From positions 1,368,195 through 1,432,194 of the forward strand of contig CP070837.1 in NCBI GenBank assembly GCA_020341815.1: a stretch of DNA of 64,000 nt, read 5' to 3'. Shown in pieces: positions 25,488 through 35,538 of this stretch. Position 1 is the first letter of the stretch, and every line of letters starts with the position of its first letter. The notes under the pieces were generated by a model. The model worked only from the letters and a program-made list of their open reading frames with translations. It was not told the origin of the DNA and ran no database searches. The position numbers and the translations under genes were made by a program. Source of the stretch: Candidatus Omnitrophota bacterium (GTDB lineage: Bacteria > Omnitrophota > Gorgyraeia > JAFGHF01).

Positions 25488-26288
25488 ATGAAAATCGTAG
25501 TCTATACTTTTGGGTGCTTACCCACTATTTATATGGTAAATAAATTAACGAAAGAATTAAAAATAGACGCGTTAATATTACAGAATTCCCTTACTTTTAG
25601 GGATAGGGTTGGATTTCTGAAACACAGGCTTAAAAAATATGGAATGCTCAGGTTATGCGATGAACTGATGTTCCAGTTTTATTATCGAATTTTCTTAAAA
25701 AAGTGGGATGCGGAGCTGGCAAAGAAATATTTTCCCCAAGAATATCTTGAAGGTGCGATAGACATAGATAAAAGCATTCCCGTTTTTAAAGTCGATACAA
25801 TAAATTGCGCAAGGGCAAAGTCTTTACTGCAAAAATTAGGTCCGGACATTGTTTTCATGCAGAGCAGGGAGATGATAGATGAGGATATTTTAAATGTTGC
25901 TAAGATGGGTTTTATAGGGTGCCATCCGGGCATTCTCCCCGATTATAGAGGGACCTACGCTCCTTTTTGGACGGCTTTAAACCTGGAACTAAATAAATTG
26001 GGTTTCACTATATACATTGCAGATAAAGGGATTGATACCGGAAAAATAATTTTTCAAAAAAATATAGAACTTGATGCAACAAAAGGTACCTTTAAACTGC
26101 ATTCAGAATATATTATGTATAGAAGTATCCCTTTTATAATCTCAACTCTTAAGAAGATTTCAGAAGAAGGAATTTCATTTTTGGAAAGACCAATTTCGAA
26201 AAGTAGACTTTTTTCTCATGTCGGCCTTTTAGATTATATTTGTGCTAAAAAGAAACTAAAAAAGCTTGTTATGCATGAAAAAAGATGA
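25488..26288 (+). CDS. formyltransferase-family protein (Fmt/PurN-like catalytic domain)
   Basis: IGCHPGILPDYRGTYAPFWTALN matches the HxSLLPxxRG formyltransferase motif. Confidence 0.55.
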   Translation: MKIVVYTFGCLPTIYMVNKLTKELKIDALILQNSLTFRDRVGFLKHRLKKYGMLRLCDELMFQFYYRIFLKKWDAELAKKYFPQEYLEGAIDIDKSIPVFKVDTINCARAKSLLQKLGPDIVFMQSREMIDEDILNVAKMGFIGCHPGILPDYRGTYAPFWTALNLELNKLGFTIYIADKGIDTGKIIFQKNIELDATKGTFKLHSEYIMYRSIPFIISTLKKISEEGISFLERPISKSRLFSHVGLLDYICAKKKLKKLVMHEKR

Positions 26289-27114
26289 GATGACATCAGG
26301 AAATCATACATTTACTATACTGTTGTATCATGGCGTTGATGCGGGAGAGAAATTTTATGAACAGAGGAGCAATAAAGAACGCGAGTATATTATCACAAAA
26401 GCACAATTTAATAATCATTTAGAGCTGTTTAAGCGTTTAGGAATGCAGACGCCTCCGTTAGAACAATGTCTGAGGCAGATTCAAAATAATAAATTTGCTT
26501 CCCGGACTTTAATTTTGAGCTTTGATGATGGCGAGGAATCCGGCTATACAACAATTGCGCCTCTGTTGGAAAAATATGGGTTTAGAGGTAGCTACTTTAT
26601 AGTTGCAGGCTGGATAAATAAACCCGGATATATGACAGAAGATCAGATTCGCCAGCTACATAAAAGAGGTCATGGCATTTATTCCCATTCCATGACACAC
26701 CCATTTTTTACTAGAATTTCCGAAGCAGAGATCATGTCCGAATTAAGAGAATCAAAGGAATGCTTAGAAAAAATTTTGGGTCAAGAGGTTAAATGTTTTT
26801 CTTTACCGACAGGAGAATATGATGAGAGGTTTAAAGAATTGATTGCGCATTCGGGTTATTCATATATTTGTACTTCTCGGGAAGGATATAACAGAGTGAT
26901 GCAGAAGAGGCAATACCCATTTTTGTTGCATAGATTTGCTATTAGAAATTATACAAAGTTGCGGGATTTGAAATTCATAATCAATGCAAGAAAAATTACT
27001 AATTTGTTGTTGGCCCTCAAAGCAATAACGTTTTTTATTCTAAAAAACATTATAGGCAAAGACCGGTATGAGCGAATAAGGTCTGGCATTATCAATAATT
27101 TTTATAAAGACTAA
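26275..27114 (+). CDS. polysaccharide deacetylase (NodB homology domain)
   Basis: LSFDDGEESGY (metal-binding TFDDG-like motif) and H-S-MTHP. ORF-track start 26266 is TTG; ATG at 26275. Confidence 0.65.
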   Translation: MKKDEMTSGNHTFTILLYHGVDAGEKFYEQRSNKEREYIITKAQFNNHLELFKRLGMQTPPLEQCLRQIQNNKFASRTLILSFDDGEESGYTTIAPLLEKYGFRGSYFIVAGWINKPGYMTEDQIRQLHKRGHGIYSHSMTHPFFTRISEAEIMSELRESKECLEKILGQEVKCFSLPTGEYDERFKELIAHSGYSYICTSREGYNRVMQKRQYPFLLHRFAIRNYTKLRDLKFIINARKITNLLLALKAITFFILKNIIGKDRYERIRSGIINNFYKD

Positions 27115-27322
27115 GAGGGAATTTCAGGGACAGAAAAAGGCACAAATAGATCTCTATGTAAATACTGCCATCTAACCTATTTTGTTTCGCTAATTTTTCC
27201 TATCAAAAAATCAAAGATCAAATTGCCAAACTCGAAAGATAGATAATAGATTTATTGTACTTATATAGATATTTAATGGCTATTAATTTTCCAGAGACGG
27301 TAGTTCAATATTATGAAAAGGC

Positions 27323-28981
27323 ATGGGAGTTCTTAATGTGCCTTGGAGATTTCTATTAATGCGCAACATACGAATTATACCTCGTCTTGATGTAAAAGGA
27401 CCGAATTTGGTAAAAGGTATTCATCTCGAAGGATTAAGGGTTCTTGGTTCCCCAGAGTATTTTGCTAAGAGATATTACGAACAAGGGGCAGACGAACTTA
27501 TTTATATGGATATTGTCGCAACTCTATATGGTAGAAATAACTTAAAAGAAATAGTCGAGCGTACTGCCAAAGATGTGTTTATTCCGATAACTGTAGGCGG
27601 CGGAATTAGGAGTATCGAGGATATCCGCATCCTTTTGCGTGCAGGGGCTGATAAGATAGCGATTAATACAGCGGCCATACAGAATCCCGATCTTATTAGG
27701 GAAGGCGCTGAAACATTCGGCTCACAGTGTATTGTGCTCTATATCGAGGCAAAGGAAAAACTCGAGGGAAATTATGAAGCATTTACCGACAATGCCAGAG
27801 AAGAGACAGGAGTGGATGTTTTCGAGTGGGCATATCGTGCATATCAACTGGGAGCCGGTGAAATTTTAGTGACTTCTATTGACCGTGACGGAACCGGAGA
27901 GGGTTACGATGTAGAACTAATATCAAAGATTTCAAATACGGTCCCTATTCCAGTTGTCGCCTCCGGCGGGGCTGGTAAATTAGACGATATAATAAAGATT
28001 ATCGAAAGCACCAATGTAAGCGCCGTTGCCGCCGCTTCACTTTTCCACTACAGTCAAATCGATAAAGGATTGGCCAGATGTAAATACGAAGAGGGAAACA
28101 CAGAGTTCTTAAAAACATATGCCCAAATAGATAATTATCGTCCTAGCAGGATAAAGCCTATATCCATCTTTGACTTGAAATCGCACATGAAGAAGGCTGG
28201 GATAATTGATACACGGGTGGCCGAATTACACAGTTGTGCCGGCCTAAAAGAAGAGGAATCCAAGAATATTTTTATAAGATCCTTTAAAAATAGGCCGTCT
28301 GTAGCGGTGATAGATTATGACTGCGGCAATTTATTCAACATCACCTCTGCCTTAAAAAATATAGATGCGGATTTTCAAGTTACAGACAATGCTAAGATAG
28401 TGGCTGCATCCGACAAACTCATACTTCCAGGAGTAGGCTCTTTTGAATCTGGAATAAATAATCTAGAGAGAAGAGGGTTAATCACCCCGATTAAAGAACA
28501 CGCCAAAAAGGGTAAACCCATTTTCGGTATTTGTCTCGGAATGCAGCTTCTAATGACAGAGGGAGAAGAGTACGGTTCATATAAGGGTCTGGATTTAATC
28601 AAAGGGAGAGTGACAAGAATACCGATAGATAAAGAAAAACTTTTAACTTTTAAAATTCCGCATATCGGTTGGAATAAGATAAAATTGCCCCAACAGAAAG
28701 CCGAGGTTTCTAAGAAAGCCGAAAAAGGCCTTTGGCACAATAGTATATTGAAAAATGTATTACCCGGGAGTTTAATGTATTTTGTTCACTCTTACATTGT
28801 AATATCAGATAGTCCGGAGTGGGTACTTGCCGAGACCGAATATGGCGGGAGAAGCTTCTGTTCTGCAATCCAAAAGGATAACGTTTATGGTTGCCAATTT
28901 CATCCGGAAAGAAGTAGAGAGGTGGGACTCGATATTTATAGGCAATTTGTATTTGTGGGCATAGGGGGTAAGCATGAATGA
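27323..28981 (+). CDS. fused imidazole-glycerol-phosphate-synthase-like protein: HisF-type cyclase domain (N) + HisH-type glutamine amidotransferase domain (C), LPS/sugar-modification paralog (WbuZ-WbuY-like)
   Basis: N-terminal IIPRLDVKG...VGGGIRS (HisF barrel). C-terminal class I GATase with Cys nucleophile in GICLGMQLL and the H..E pair (FHPERS). Likely true start is ATG 27359 (MRNIRIIPRLDV). Confidence 0.75.
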   Translation: MGVLNVPWRFLLMRNIRIIPRLDVKGPNLVKGIHLEGLRVLGSPEYFAKRYYEQGADELIYMDIVATLYGRNNLKEIVERTAKDVFIPITVGGGIRSIEDIRILLRAGADKIAINTAAIQNPDLIREGAETFGSQCIVLYIEAKEKLEGNYEAFTDNAREETGVDVFEWAYRAYQLGAGEILVTSIDRDGTGEGYDVELISKISNTVPIPVVASGGAGKLDDIIKIIESTNVSAVAAASLFHYSQIDKGLARCKYEEGNTEFLKTYAQIDNYRPSRIKPISIFDLKSHMKKAGIIDTRVAELHSCAGLKEEESKNIFIRSFKNRPSVAVIDYDCGNLFNITSALKNIDADFQVTDNAKIVAASDKLILPGVGSFESGINNLERRGLITPIKEHAKKGKPIFGICLGMQLLMTEGEEYGSYKGLDLIKGRVTRIPIDKEKLLTFKIPHIGWNKIKLPQQKAEVSKKAEKGLWHNSILKNVLPGSLMYFVHSYIVISDSPEWVLAETEYGGRSFCSAIQKDNVYGCQFHPERSREVGLDIYRQFVFVGIGGKHE

Positions 28982-30275
28982 TATTGCAAGCAGCAAAATT
29001 AGAAAAGGTGTTGATACGGGATATAAGGAAAAATATAACTATTTTTTACCTAAAATTACTGCTAAAAAAATACCCTACGCTGAACATGCAGCAAATGCCT
29101 TTGATGCGCAGTTACCTCTTCGCCCTGAAGAGATAGTTTTTTGCAAGAGATGTGTCATGTCCAATCAGAGGCCGAGGATAATAATAGACGAAAAGGGTGT
29201 GTGCAGCGCATGCAATTATTTTGAATATAAAAGAAGGCATATAGACTGGGACAAACGCAGAAAACAGTTTGAAGAGTTGCTCGATCAACATCGCCGCAAG
29301 GACGGAAGATATGATGTCGTTGTCCCCTGCAGCGGCGGGAAAGATTCGGGGTTACTTGCGCATAAGCTGAAATATGAGTACGGAATGCATCCTCTTTGCG
29401 TGACATGGTCGCCATTGTTATATTCAAACATTGGTTTTCAAAATTTCCAAAATATGATCTTAGCCGGATTAAACAGCGTTTTATGTTCACCTAACCGGAT
29501 ACTACAAAGAAAACTTGCGAAACTTTGTTTTGTAATGCAGGGAGACCACTTTGAGGCATTTAGCAGGGGGCAGATATATTATCCGTTCCATGTCGCATTG
29601 GATGAAGGTGTAGATTTGGTTATGTTGGGTGAAAACCAGGAGCTCGAATATGTCGGTGACACAAAGAATGTGGACATACCCTATAATCCTATTGAGGATT
29701 GGGAGGGATATTATCACAAGGATACCAGTTTCAAAAAATTGTTAGAATTCGGTTGCGAACACGGCTATCTAGACGAAGAGGATATAAATGACCCCAGCCT
29801 TAAGTGGTATGCACCTCCGCCACGAGAAAAATTTGCGAAAGCTGGAATAAAATTTCGTTGGTACGGTTGGTACTTTAACTGGGTTCCTCAGGAAAATTAT
29901 TATTATGTAGCTGAGCATTACAATTTTCAAGCAATGCCGCGAAGGTCAGAGATGACATATTCTAAATACGCCAGTTTAGATGACTTAACCGACCCGTTTC
30001 ATTTCTATATGATGTTGATAAAATTTGGTATTGGTAGGGCTACTTCGGATGCAGCACACGAGGTCCGTGACGGACATTTGCTGAGGGATGAGGCTGTTGC
30101 GCTTGTCCGCCGTTATGACAGTGAGTTCCCGGAAAAATATTTCAAGGAATTCCTGCGGTATCTTGACATGGCTGAAGAGGAATTCTGGAGCGTGGTCAAT
30201 ACATATCGCTCTATGGCACCACACGTGTGGGAAAAAGTAAACCAAAAGTGGAAACTTAAATGCCAGGTCTCTTAA
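28974..30275 (+). CDS. N-acetyl-sugar amidotransferase (WbuX/PseA/WbpG family, PP-loop ATP pyrophosphatase)
   Basis: CxxC zinc ribbon (CKRC...CSAC) followed by PP-loop VVPCSGGKDSG. Confidence 0.75.
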   Translation: MNDIASSKIRKGVDTGYKEKYNYFLPKITAKKIPYAEHAANAFDAQLPLRPEEIVFCKRCVMSNQRPRIIIDEKGVCSACNYFEYKRRHIDWDKRRKQFEELLDQHRRKDGRYDVVVPCSGGKDSGLLAHKLKYEYGMHPLCVTWSPLLYSNIGFQNFQNMILAGLNSVLCSPNRILQRKLAKLCFVMQGDHFEAFSRGQIYYPFHVALDEGVDLVMLGENQELEYVGDTKNVDIPYNPIEDWEGYYHKDTSFKKLLEFGCEHGYLDEEDINDPSLKWYAPPPREKFAKAGIKFRWYGWYFNWVPQENYYYVAEHYNFQAMPRRSEMTYSKYASLDDLTDPFHFYMMLIKFGIGRATSDAAHEVRDGHLLRDEAVALVRRYDSEFPEKYFKEFLRYLDMAEEEFWSVVNTYRSMAPHVWEKVNQKWKLKCQVS

Positions 30276-30361
30276 AACCCATGCTTACGCATGAGAAAAA
30301 AGACGTTACTAAGAATACGCAGACAAAAGGTGCTACATGCGTAAGCAGGAGAAAGAACCCC

Positions 30362-31795
30362 ATGCTTCCTCATGGGGAATGGCTGTCCCGGACGACGATA
30401 CCACACACGGAATTGTGTGGTTATGTACCACCCAAATGTTCCAGAGTATACATAAAGACTTTCGGCTGTCAAATGAACGTCCGCGATAGTGAGATTATCC
30501 TGGGGATGCTGCAGGGGAAGGGGTATGCATGCGTTGAGGATCCTGATAAGGCCGATATAGTTCTCTTTAACACCTGTTCTGTACGCCGCCATGCAGAGCA
30601 GAGGGTATGGTCGGCCCTGGGTAAGTTTAGGGAGTTCACAGTTCATAGTTCAGAGTTCATAGACAAAAAAGACAATTCTGAAAAGAAAATAATTGGAGTG
30701 ATTGGTTGTATGGCCCAAGCCTATCAAAATGAGATTTTGCGACGTTTTCCCCATGTGGATTTTGTCTGCGGACCGGCGAATATTTATGATATCCCCGATT
30801 TACTGGATAGGGTGAAAAAAGACGGAGGGCAGATTTTAGCAGTTAACAGGAAGCAAAGGCCTCTGATTTGCGATGAGGCTTTTAGGAAGGATGCTTCCCG
30901 TGCCTTTGTCTCTATTATGTATGGCTGCGATAATTTCTGCTCCTATTGCCTTGTGCCTTATGTCCGCGGCCGGGAGAAAAGCCGTCCCCTTAAACATATC
31001 CTTGATGAAGTGAAGGGATTAGCCTTGCGGGGTTGCAAGGAAGTTACCCTTTTGGGGCAAAACGTCAATTCTTATGGCAAGGACTTAAGGGGTAAAACCG
31101 GTTTTGCAGGATTATTGGAGAAGTTAAATGCGATAAAGGGAATTGAGCGCATCCGTTTCGTTACCAGCCATCCCAAGGATGCCTCGCTTAGTTTATTCCG
31201 GGCGATGCGTGATTTACCCAAGGTCTGTGAGCATCTGCATCTTCCTCTTCAGGCGGGCTCGGATAAAATACTGGCTAAAATGAACAGGAAATACACCTTG
31301 AAGGATTATTCGAAGCTGGTGGATAACCTGCGCCGTTTAATTCCTGATTGCAGCCTAACCACAGATATTATTGTGGGCTTTCCCGGGGAAAGCGAAAAGG
31401 ATTTCCTGCGGACTTATCAGGCCATGGAAAAAATCCGCTTCGATGAGGCCTTTATCTTTAAGTATTCACCCAGGCCTAAGACAGCTGCTGCTAAGTTGCG
31501 GGATGATGTTTCACTTTCCATTAAGCAGAAGAGGAATCAGGCACTTCTTAAACTGCAGGATGAGATATCTCTTTCTAAAAATAGGGAGCTGGTGGATACT
31601 GTTAATGAGGTCTTGGTCGAGGGAAAAGGAAGATGTTTTGGCAGTAATGAGGATATGCTGCGGGGGAGAAATCGCGGCAATAAAATAACTTTATTTTCCG
31701 CTAAAAAAGACTTGATTTTTCAGGCGGTAAATGTAAAAATAGGCAGAGCGACAACACATACATTAATTGGTGAGATTTATGATGAAAAAAATTAG
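30362..31795 (+). CDS. miaB: tRNA-2-methylthio-N6-dimethylallyladenosine synthase (radical SAM methylthiotransferase)
   Basis: MTTase N-terminal domain (YIKTFGCQMN), radical SAM CxxxCxxC (CDNFCSYC), TRAM domain. The ORF is open from 30260. RBS AGGAGA favours ATG 30362. Confidence 0.85.
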   Translation: MLPHGEWLSRTTIPHTELCGYVPPKCSRVYIKTFGCQMNVRDSEIILGMLQGKGYACVEDPDKADIVLFNTCSVRRHAEQRVWSALGKFREFTVHSSEFIDKKDNSEKKIIGVIGCMAQAYQNEILRRFPHVDFVCGPANIYDIPDLLDRVKKDGGQILAVNRKQRPLICDEAFRKDASRAFVSIMYGCDNFCSYCLVPYVRGREKSRPLKHILDEVKGLALRGCKEVTLLGQNVNSYGKDLRGKTGFAGLLEKLNAIKGIERIRFVTSHPKDASLSLFRAMRDLPKVCEHLHLPLQAGSDKILAKMNRKYTLKDYSKLVDNLRRLIPDCSLTTDIIVGFPGESEKDFLRTYQAMEKIRFDEAFIFKYSPRPKTAAAKLRDDVSLSIKQKRNQALLKLQDEISLSKNRELVDTVNEVLVEGKGRCFGSNEDMLRGRNRGNKITLFSAKKDLIFQAVNVKIGRATTHTLIGEIYDEKN

Positions 31796-32441
31796 TATTA
31801 TTCTGTTATTTTTTATTTTAGTGAGCGGGAATGTCTTTGCCCAGGTATCAAGGATTAAGAATGTAGAGGCCTTGATATTGGAGGGTGCCTATCAGCAGGC
31901 GGCGAGCGAATGCGAGAGAATCTTGGGCGGCCGGCCCACCTCTGCTGTAGCGGTCAGGGCCCATTATCTGCGGGGGATTTGTCTGCTTAAGGGAGGAAAA
32001 TATAGCCAGGCCAGAGAAGATTTTGATCTAGTTTTGCGGCGCTTCCGGCGCAGCGGGTTTTGCGATGATGCCACATTGAGTATCGCCGATAGTTACTTTT
32101 TAGAGGGGAATTACGAACAGGCCAATGCCGGATATAGAGACTTTCTCTGTAACTTTGCCCGCAGTGAGCTGGTAAATATTGCCTTCACCCAGCAGAGGCT
32201 GTGCCTGCAGGAGGCCAACAATCCCTATTTTTCGGTGCAGGTGGGCTGCTTCAGTAAAAAGGATAACGCCGATAAGCTGCGCGATAAATTAATCGATAAA
32301 GGGTTCCAAGCCTATGTGCACCAGAAATCCGCCAGCGATCTTTTTCGTGTGCGGGTAGGCAAGTTTAACGGCAGCGCCCAGGCAGAGAGATTGGAAAAAA
32401 AGCTTCAGGCCGCAGGTTATCCTACGAAGGTTTGTCAGTGA
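31779..32441 (+). CDS. TPR-repeat + SPOR-domain (peptidoglycan-binding) lipoprotein/periplasmic protein
   Basis: Signal peptide MMKKISIILLFFILVSGNVFA. C-terminal SPOR fold (YFSVQVGCFSKKDNADKLRDKL...FRVRVGKFNGSAQAERL). Confidence 0.6.
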   Translation: MMKKISIILLFFILVSGNVFAQVSRIKNVEALILEGAYQQAASECERILGGRPTSAVAVRAHYLRGICLLKGGKYSQAREDFDLVLRRFRRSGFCDDATLSIADSYFLEGNYEQANAGYRDFLCNFARSELVNIAFTQQRLCLQEANNPYFSVQVGCFSKKDNADKLRDKLIDKGFQAYVHQKSASDLFRVRVGKFNGSAQAERLEKKLQAAGYPTKVCQ

Positions 32442-33358
32442 AGAAAAGGGTCATCTGTTTAATCGGGCCTACGGCCAGCGGAAAAACAGAGATAGCTTTA
32501 AAATTAGCCAAAAGAATCGGCGCCGAGATTATCTCCTGTGATTCTATGCAGATATACAAGGGGATAGATATCGCCACTTCCAAACCCACTAAGGCAGAAA
32601 CAAGAAGAATTCCCCATCACCTCATCGATGTCTTAAGCCCCTCGCAGGAGTATAATGTTGCGCTTTTTAAGAAGTCTGCCTTAGAAAAAATCAATCACAT
32701 TCACAAAAAAGGAAAAGTCCCTTTAATCGTCGGCGGAAGCGGCCTTTATCTGCGCGCGCTCATAGACGGACTCTTTGAGGGCCCGGGCAGAGACAGCGCC
32801 CTGCGTAATAAGTTATCACAACAAGCCAAAAAATACGGCAAGGCCTATCTTTACAGAAAACTTAAAAAACAAGACCCCGAGGCCGCTTGCAAAATCCACC
32901 CCCATGATTTACGCCGGATTATCCGTGCGCTGGAAGTATATAAGCTTGCCCGCGAGCCCATCTCCGCAAGACAGAAGAAGACCTTCGGCATCAGGGATAA
33001 GTATGATCTGCGCATATTCGGCCTGAGGCGAAAAAGGGATGAGCTCTATAGGCGCATAGAGAGAAGAGTGGATAAGATGTTTAGAAAGGGGCTTGCCTCG
33101 GAGATAAAGAGGGTTATGAAGCACAAGATATCGCGCACCGCCGAGGGCCTTTTGGGTTACCGCGAAATTGCCGGATACTTAAAGGGCGAATATTCTAAGG
33201 ACAGGGCCAGTGAGCTCCTCAAAAGAAATACCCGCCATTACGCCAAGCGCCAGATAAGCTGGTTTAAAAACGAAAAGGGAGTTAACTGGATAGAATTGAG
33301 TGATGAGGATAAGTCGCAGATAATAGCCGATAAAATAGGTTTAAGTTTAAGCCGATGA
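32432..33358 (+). CDS. miaA: tRNA dimethylallyltransferase
   Basis: P-loop GPTASGKT followed by SCDSMQIYKGIDIATSKP. TTG/GTG start overlapping the upstream stop. Confidence 0.85.
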   Translation: MSVKKRVICLIGPTASGKTEIALKLAKRIGAEIISCDSMQIYKGIDIATSKPTKAETRRIPHHLIDVLSPSQEYNVALFKKSALEKINHIHKKGKVPLIVGGSGLYLRALIDGLFEGPGRDSALRNKLSQQAKKYGKAYLYRKLKKQDPEAACKIHPHDLRRIIRALEVYKLAREPISARQKKTFGIRDKYDLRIFGLRRKRDELYRRIERRVDKMFRKGLASEIKRVMKHKISRTAEGLLGYREIAGYLKGEYSKDRASELLKRNTRHYAKRQISWFKNEKGVNWIELSDEDKSQIIADKIGLSLSR

Positions 33359-34632
33359 AGATGTGGGATACGGGCAGGGATAAAAAAGAAAAGGCCATTT
33401 TGGTGGCCGTAGACATAGAGGGCGAAAACAGCTGGAAGATAGAGGATTCGGTAAGAGAGCTAAGGGAACTGACCCTTTCCAGCGGGGCAGGTGTAATTAA
33501 AGACATTGCCTGTCACCGGGTAAAACCCACGGCCTCATTTTTTATCGGAAAGGGTAAGGCCGAGGAGATTTCCAATTTAGCCCAGGAGCTTGAGGCTGAC
33601 ACGGTTATCTTTAGCGAGGATTTAAGCAGCACTCAGCAGAGAAATTTAGAAGAGATAATCACAGCCAAGACCATCGACCGCACCCAGCTCATCCTGGATA
33701 TATTCGCCCAAAGGGCCAGGAGCATGGAAGGAAAGATTCAGGTGGAGCTGGCCCAGCTGGAATATCTCCTGCCGCGCTTAACCGGAAAAGGGATATTTTT
33801 ATCACGCCTGGGCGGCGGTATCGGAACAAGAGGGCCCGGTGAGAAAAAATTAGAAGTAGACAGAAGAAGAATCAAGACGCGCATCAGCCGGTTGAAAAAA
33901 GAGCTGAACACCTTAAGCCGGCGCCGCTGGTCCCTGCGCCGCCACAGAAAGGAAGGCGCCTTTGCCACGGTTGCTATCGTAGGATACACCAATGCCGGAA
34001 AGTCCACCCTGATTAACCGCTTGACCGGCGCCCATCAGGATGTCAGGCACACCTTATTCAGCACCCTGGATTCGGTGGCCCGTAAGTTTACCCTGCCCCA
34101 TAAGCAGAAGGTCTTATTCTCCGATACGGTCGGATTTTTACATCGGCTGCCCCATCACCTTATCGAGGCCTTTAAGGCCACTCTGGAAGAGGTAAAAGAG
34201 GCGGATATATTACTGCATGTTCTGGATGCGAGCTCTGCCTGCGTCTATGAGCAGAACGAGGCGGTGCATGAGGTATTGCGGGAATTGGAGGCCGACCGCA
34301 AGCCGATGCTGGTGGCCCTGAATAAAATAGATTTGATTAAGGACGATTTCTCCATTAAGCGTTACCTCAAGGACTTTAAAAACAGCGTGCCTATCTCCGC
34401 CTTGAAAGGGACGAATGTTGAGCTCCTCCTTGAGCAATTAAGCGTGCGCCTGGATGACCTGATGGCCGAGGCGGAGCTGGTTATTCCGCAGGATAAGATG
34501 CACCTGGTGGACCTGGTTTACCGGGAGGGCCAGGTCTTTAAGAGTGAGTACAGGGGGGATAAGGTTTACTTACAGGTGCGCCTGCCCCACCGAATCAAGG
34601 CCATGCTGGAAAACCTTTTGCAAAAAAAGTAA
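33355..34632 (+). CDS. hflX: GTPase HflX
   Basis: HflX N-terminal domain. G1 GYTNAGKST, G3 DTVGF, G4 NKID. Confidence 0.85.
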   Translation: MKMWDTGRDKKEKAILVAVDIEGENSWKIEDSVRELRELTLSSGAGVIKDIACHRVKPTASFFIGKGKAEEISNLAQELEADTVIFSEDLSSTQQRNLEEIITAKTIDRTQLILDIFAQRARSMEGKIQVELAQLEYLLPRLTGKGIFLSRLGGGIGTRGPGEKKLEVDRRRIKTRISRLKKELNTLSRRRWSLRRHRKEGAFATVAIVGYTNAGKSTLINRLTGAHQDVRHTLFSTLDSVARKFTLPHKQKVLFSDTVGFLHRLPHHLIEAFKATLEEVKEADILLHVLDASSACVYEQNEAVHEVLRELEADRKPMLVALNKIDLIKDDFSIKRYLKDFKNSVPISALKGTNVELLLEQLSVRLDDLMAEAELVIPQDKMHLVDLVYREGQVFKSEYRGDKVYLQVRLPHRIKAMLENLLQKK

Positions 34633-34705
34633 CACTGAGGAGACTGAAATAAGTAACACTGAGAACACTGAAGAAAGCTTCGGTGGGTTCAGTGTAAAAA
34701 AGTAT

Positions 34706-34766
34706 TTGACAAAGAATAATATTATGTTAGAATAGGGCCTTAGCACTCTTAGTGTGTGAGTGCTAA
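34706..34766 (+). promoter_or_regulatory. sigma70 promoter (TTGACA-N16-TAGAAT) followed by a perfect CIRCE operator TTAGCACTC-N9-GAGTGCTAA
   Basis: CIRCE occupies 34740..34766 and is an exact match to the HrcA operator consensus. It lies immediately upstream of hrcA-grpE-dnaK. Confidence 0.85.
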
Positions 34767-34780
34767 ATATGGAGAGAAAA

Positions 34781-35527
34781 ATGAACGTAACTCCTTTAAA
34801 CACAAGAAGAAAGGAAATCCTGCAAAGCATCGTCGAGCTCTACATTGAGAGCGCCATACCGGTAAGCTCACAGGCCGTTGCCCGGCGCCTTGAGTGGCGG
34901 ATAAGTGCGGCCACCGTGCGCAATGTAATGGCGGAGCTGGTTGATCTGGGCCTTCTCTGGCAGCCGCATACCTCAGCCGGAAGGGTACCTACGGATAGCG
35001 GATACCGCTATTATATTAATTCTCTCCTGGAGATAGAGGAACTCACCCGGAGCGAGCAGGAGTTAATCGAGAGCGGATATCCCTCCAACCCTGAGGCCTT
35101 TGATGAGCTTCTGACGGGGGTGTTGCAGCTTTTATCTAATGTTAGCAGGTATACCGCCTTTGCCTTTTCTGCCCTGGGTAAGGAAAGACTCTATATTACA
35201 GGTACAAGCTATATCCTGGAGCAGCCGGAATTTCAGGATGCCCGGAAATTACAGGGTATCTTAAGGACCTTTGAGAGACAGGAGCCTTTACTGGAAATCA
35301 TAAAAGAGGATTTAGCCCGGGAAGGCGTGAAGGTGCACATCGGCGGGGAAAACCCTTATGAAGATATTCGGGAGTGCAGTTTAGTAATTTCCAATTACAA
35401 GATTAAAGATACCGATACCGGCGCCTTAGGGATTATCGGGCCGCGGAGGATGTCCTATGCAAAGGCCATTTCCACCGTCGATTATATCGCCCGGACCTTC
35501 AGCGCAGGTTTTTCCGACATCGAGTAA
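34781..35527 (+). CDS. hrcA: heat-inducible transcription repressor HrcA
   Basis: N-terminal winged helix (RRKEILQSIVELYIESAIPVSSQAVARRL). Start taken as the ATG downstream of CIRCE. The ORF-track start 34760 overlaps the operator. Confidence 0.75.
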   Translation: MNVTPLNTRRKEILQSIVELYIESAIPVSSQAVARRLEWRISAATVRNVMAELVDLGLLWQPHTSAGRVPTDSGYRYYINSLLEIEELTRSEQELIESGYPSNPEAFDELLTGVLQLLSNVSRYTAFAFSALGKERLYITGTSYILEQPEFQDARKLQGILRTFERQEPLLEIIKEDLAREGVKVHIGGENPYEDIRECSLVISNYKIKDTDTGALGIIGPRRMSYAKAISTVDYIARTFSAGFSDIE

Positions 35528-35538
35528 GAGAGGAAAAT

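Noticed and set aside
34760-34780. ORF-track start of hrcA at 34760
   Set aside because: It would overlap the perfect CIRCE operator (34740..34766). The downstream ATG at 34781 (or 34769) is more plausible.
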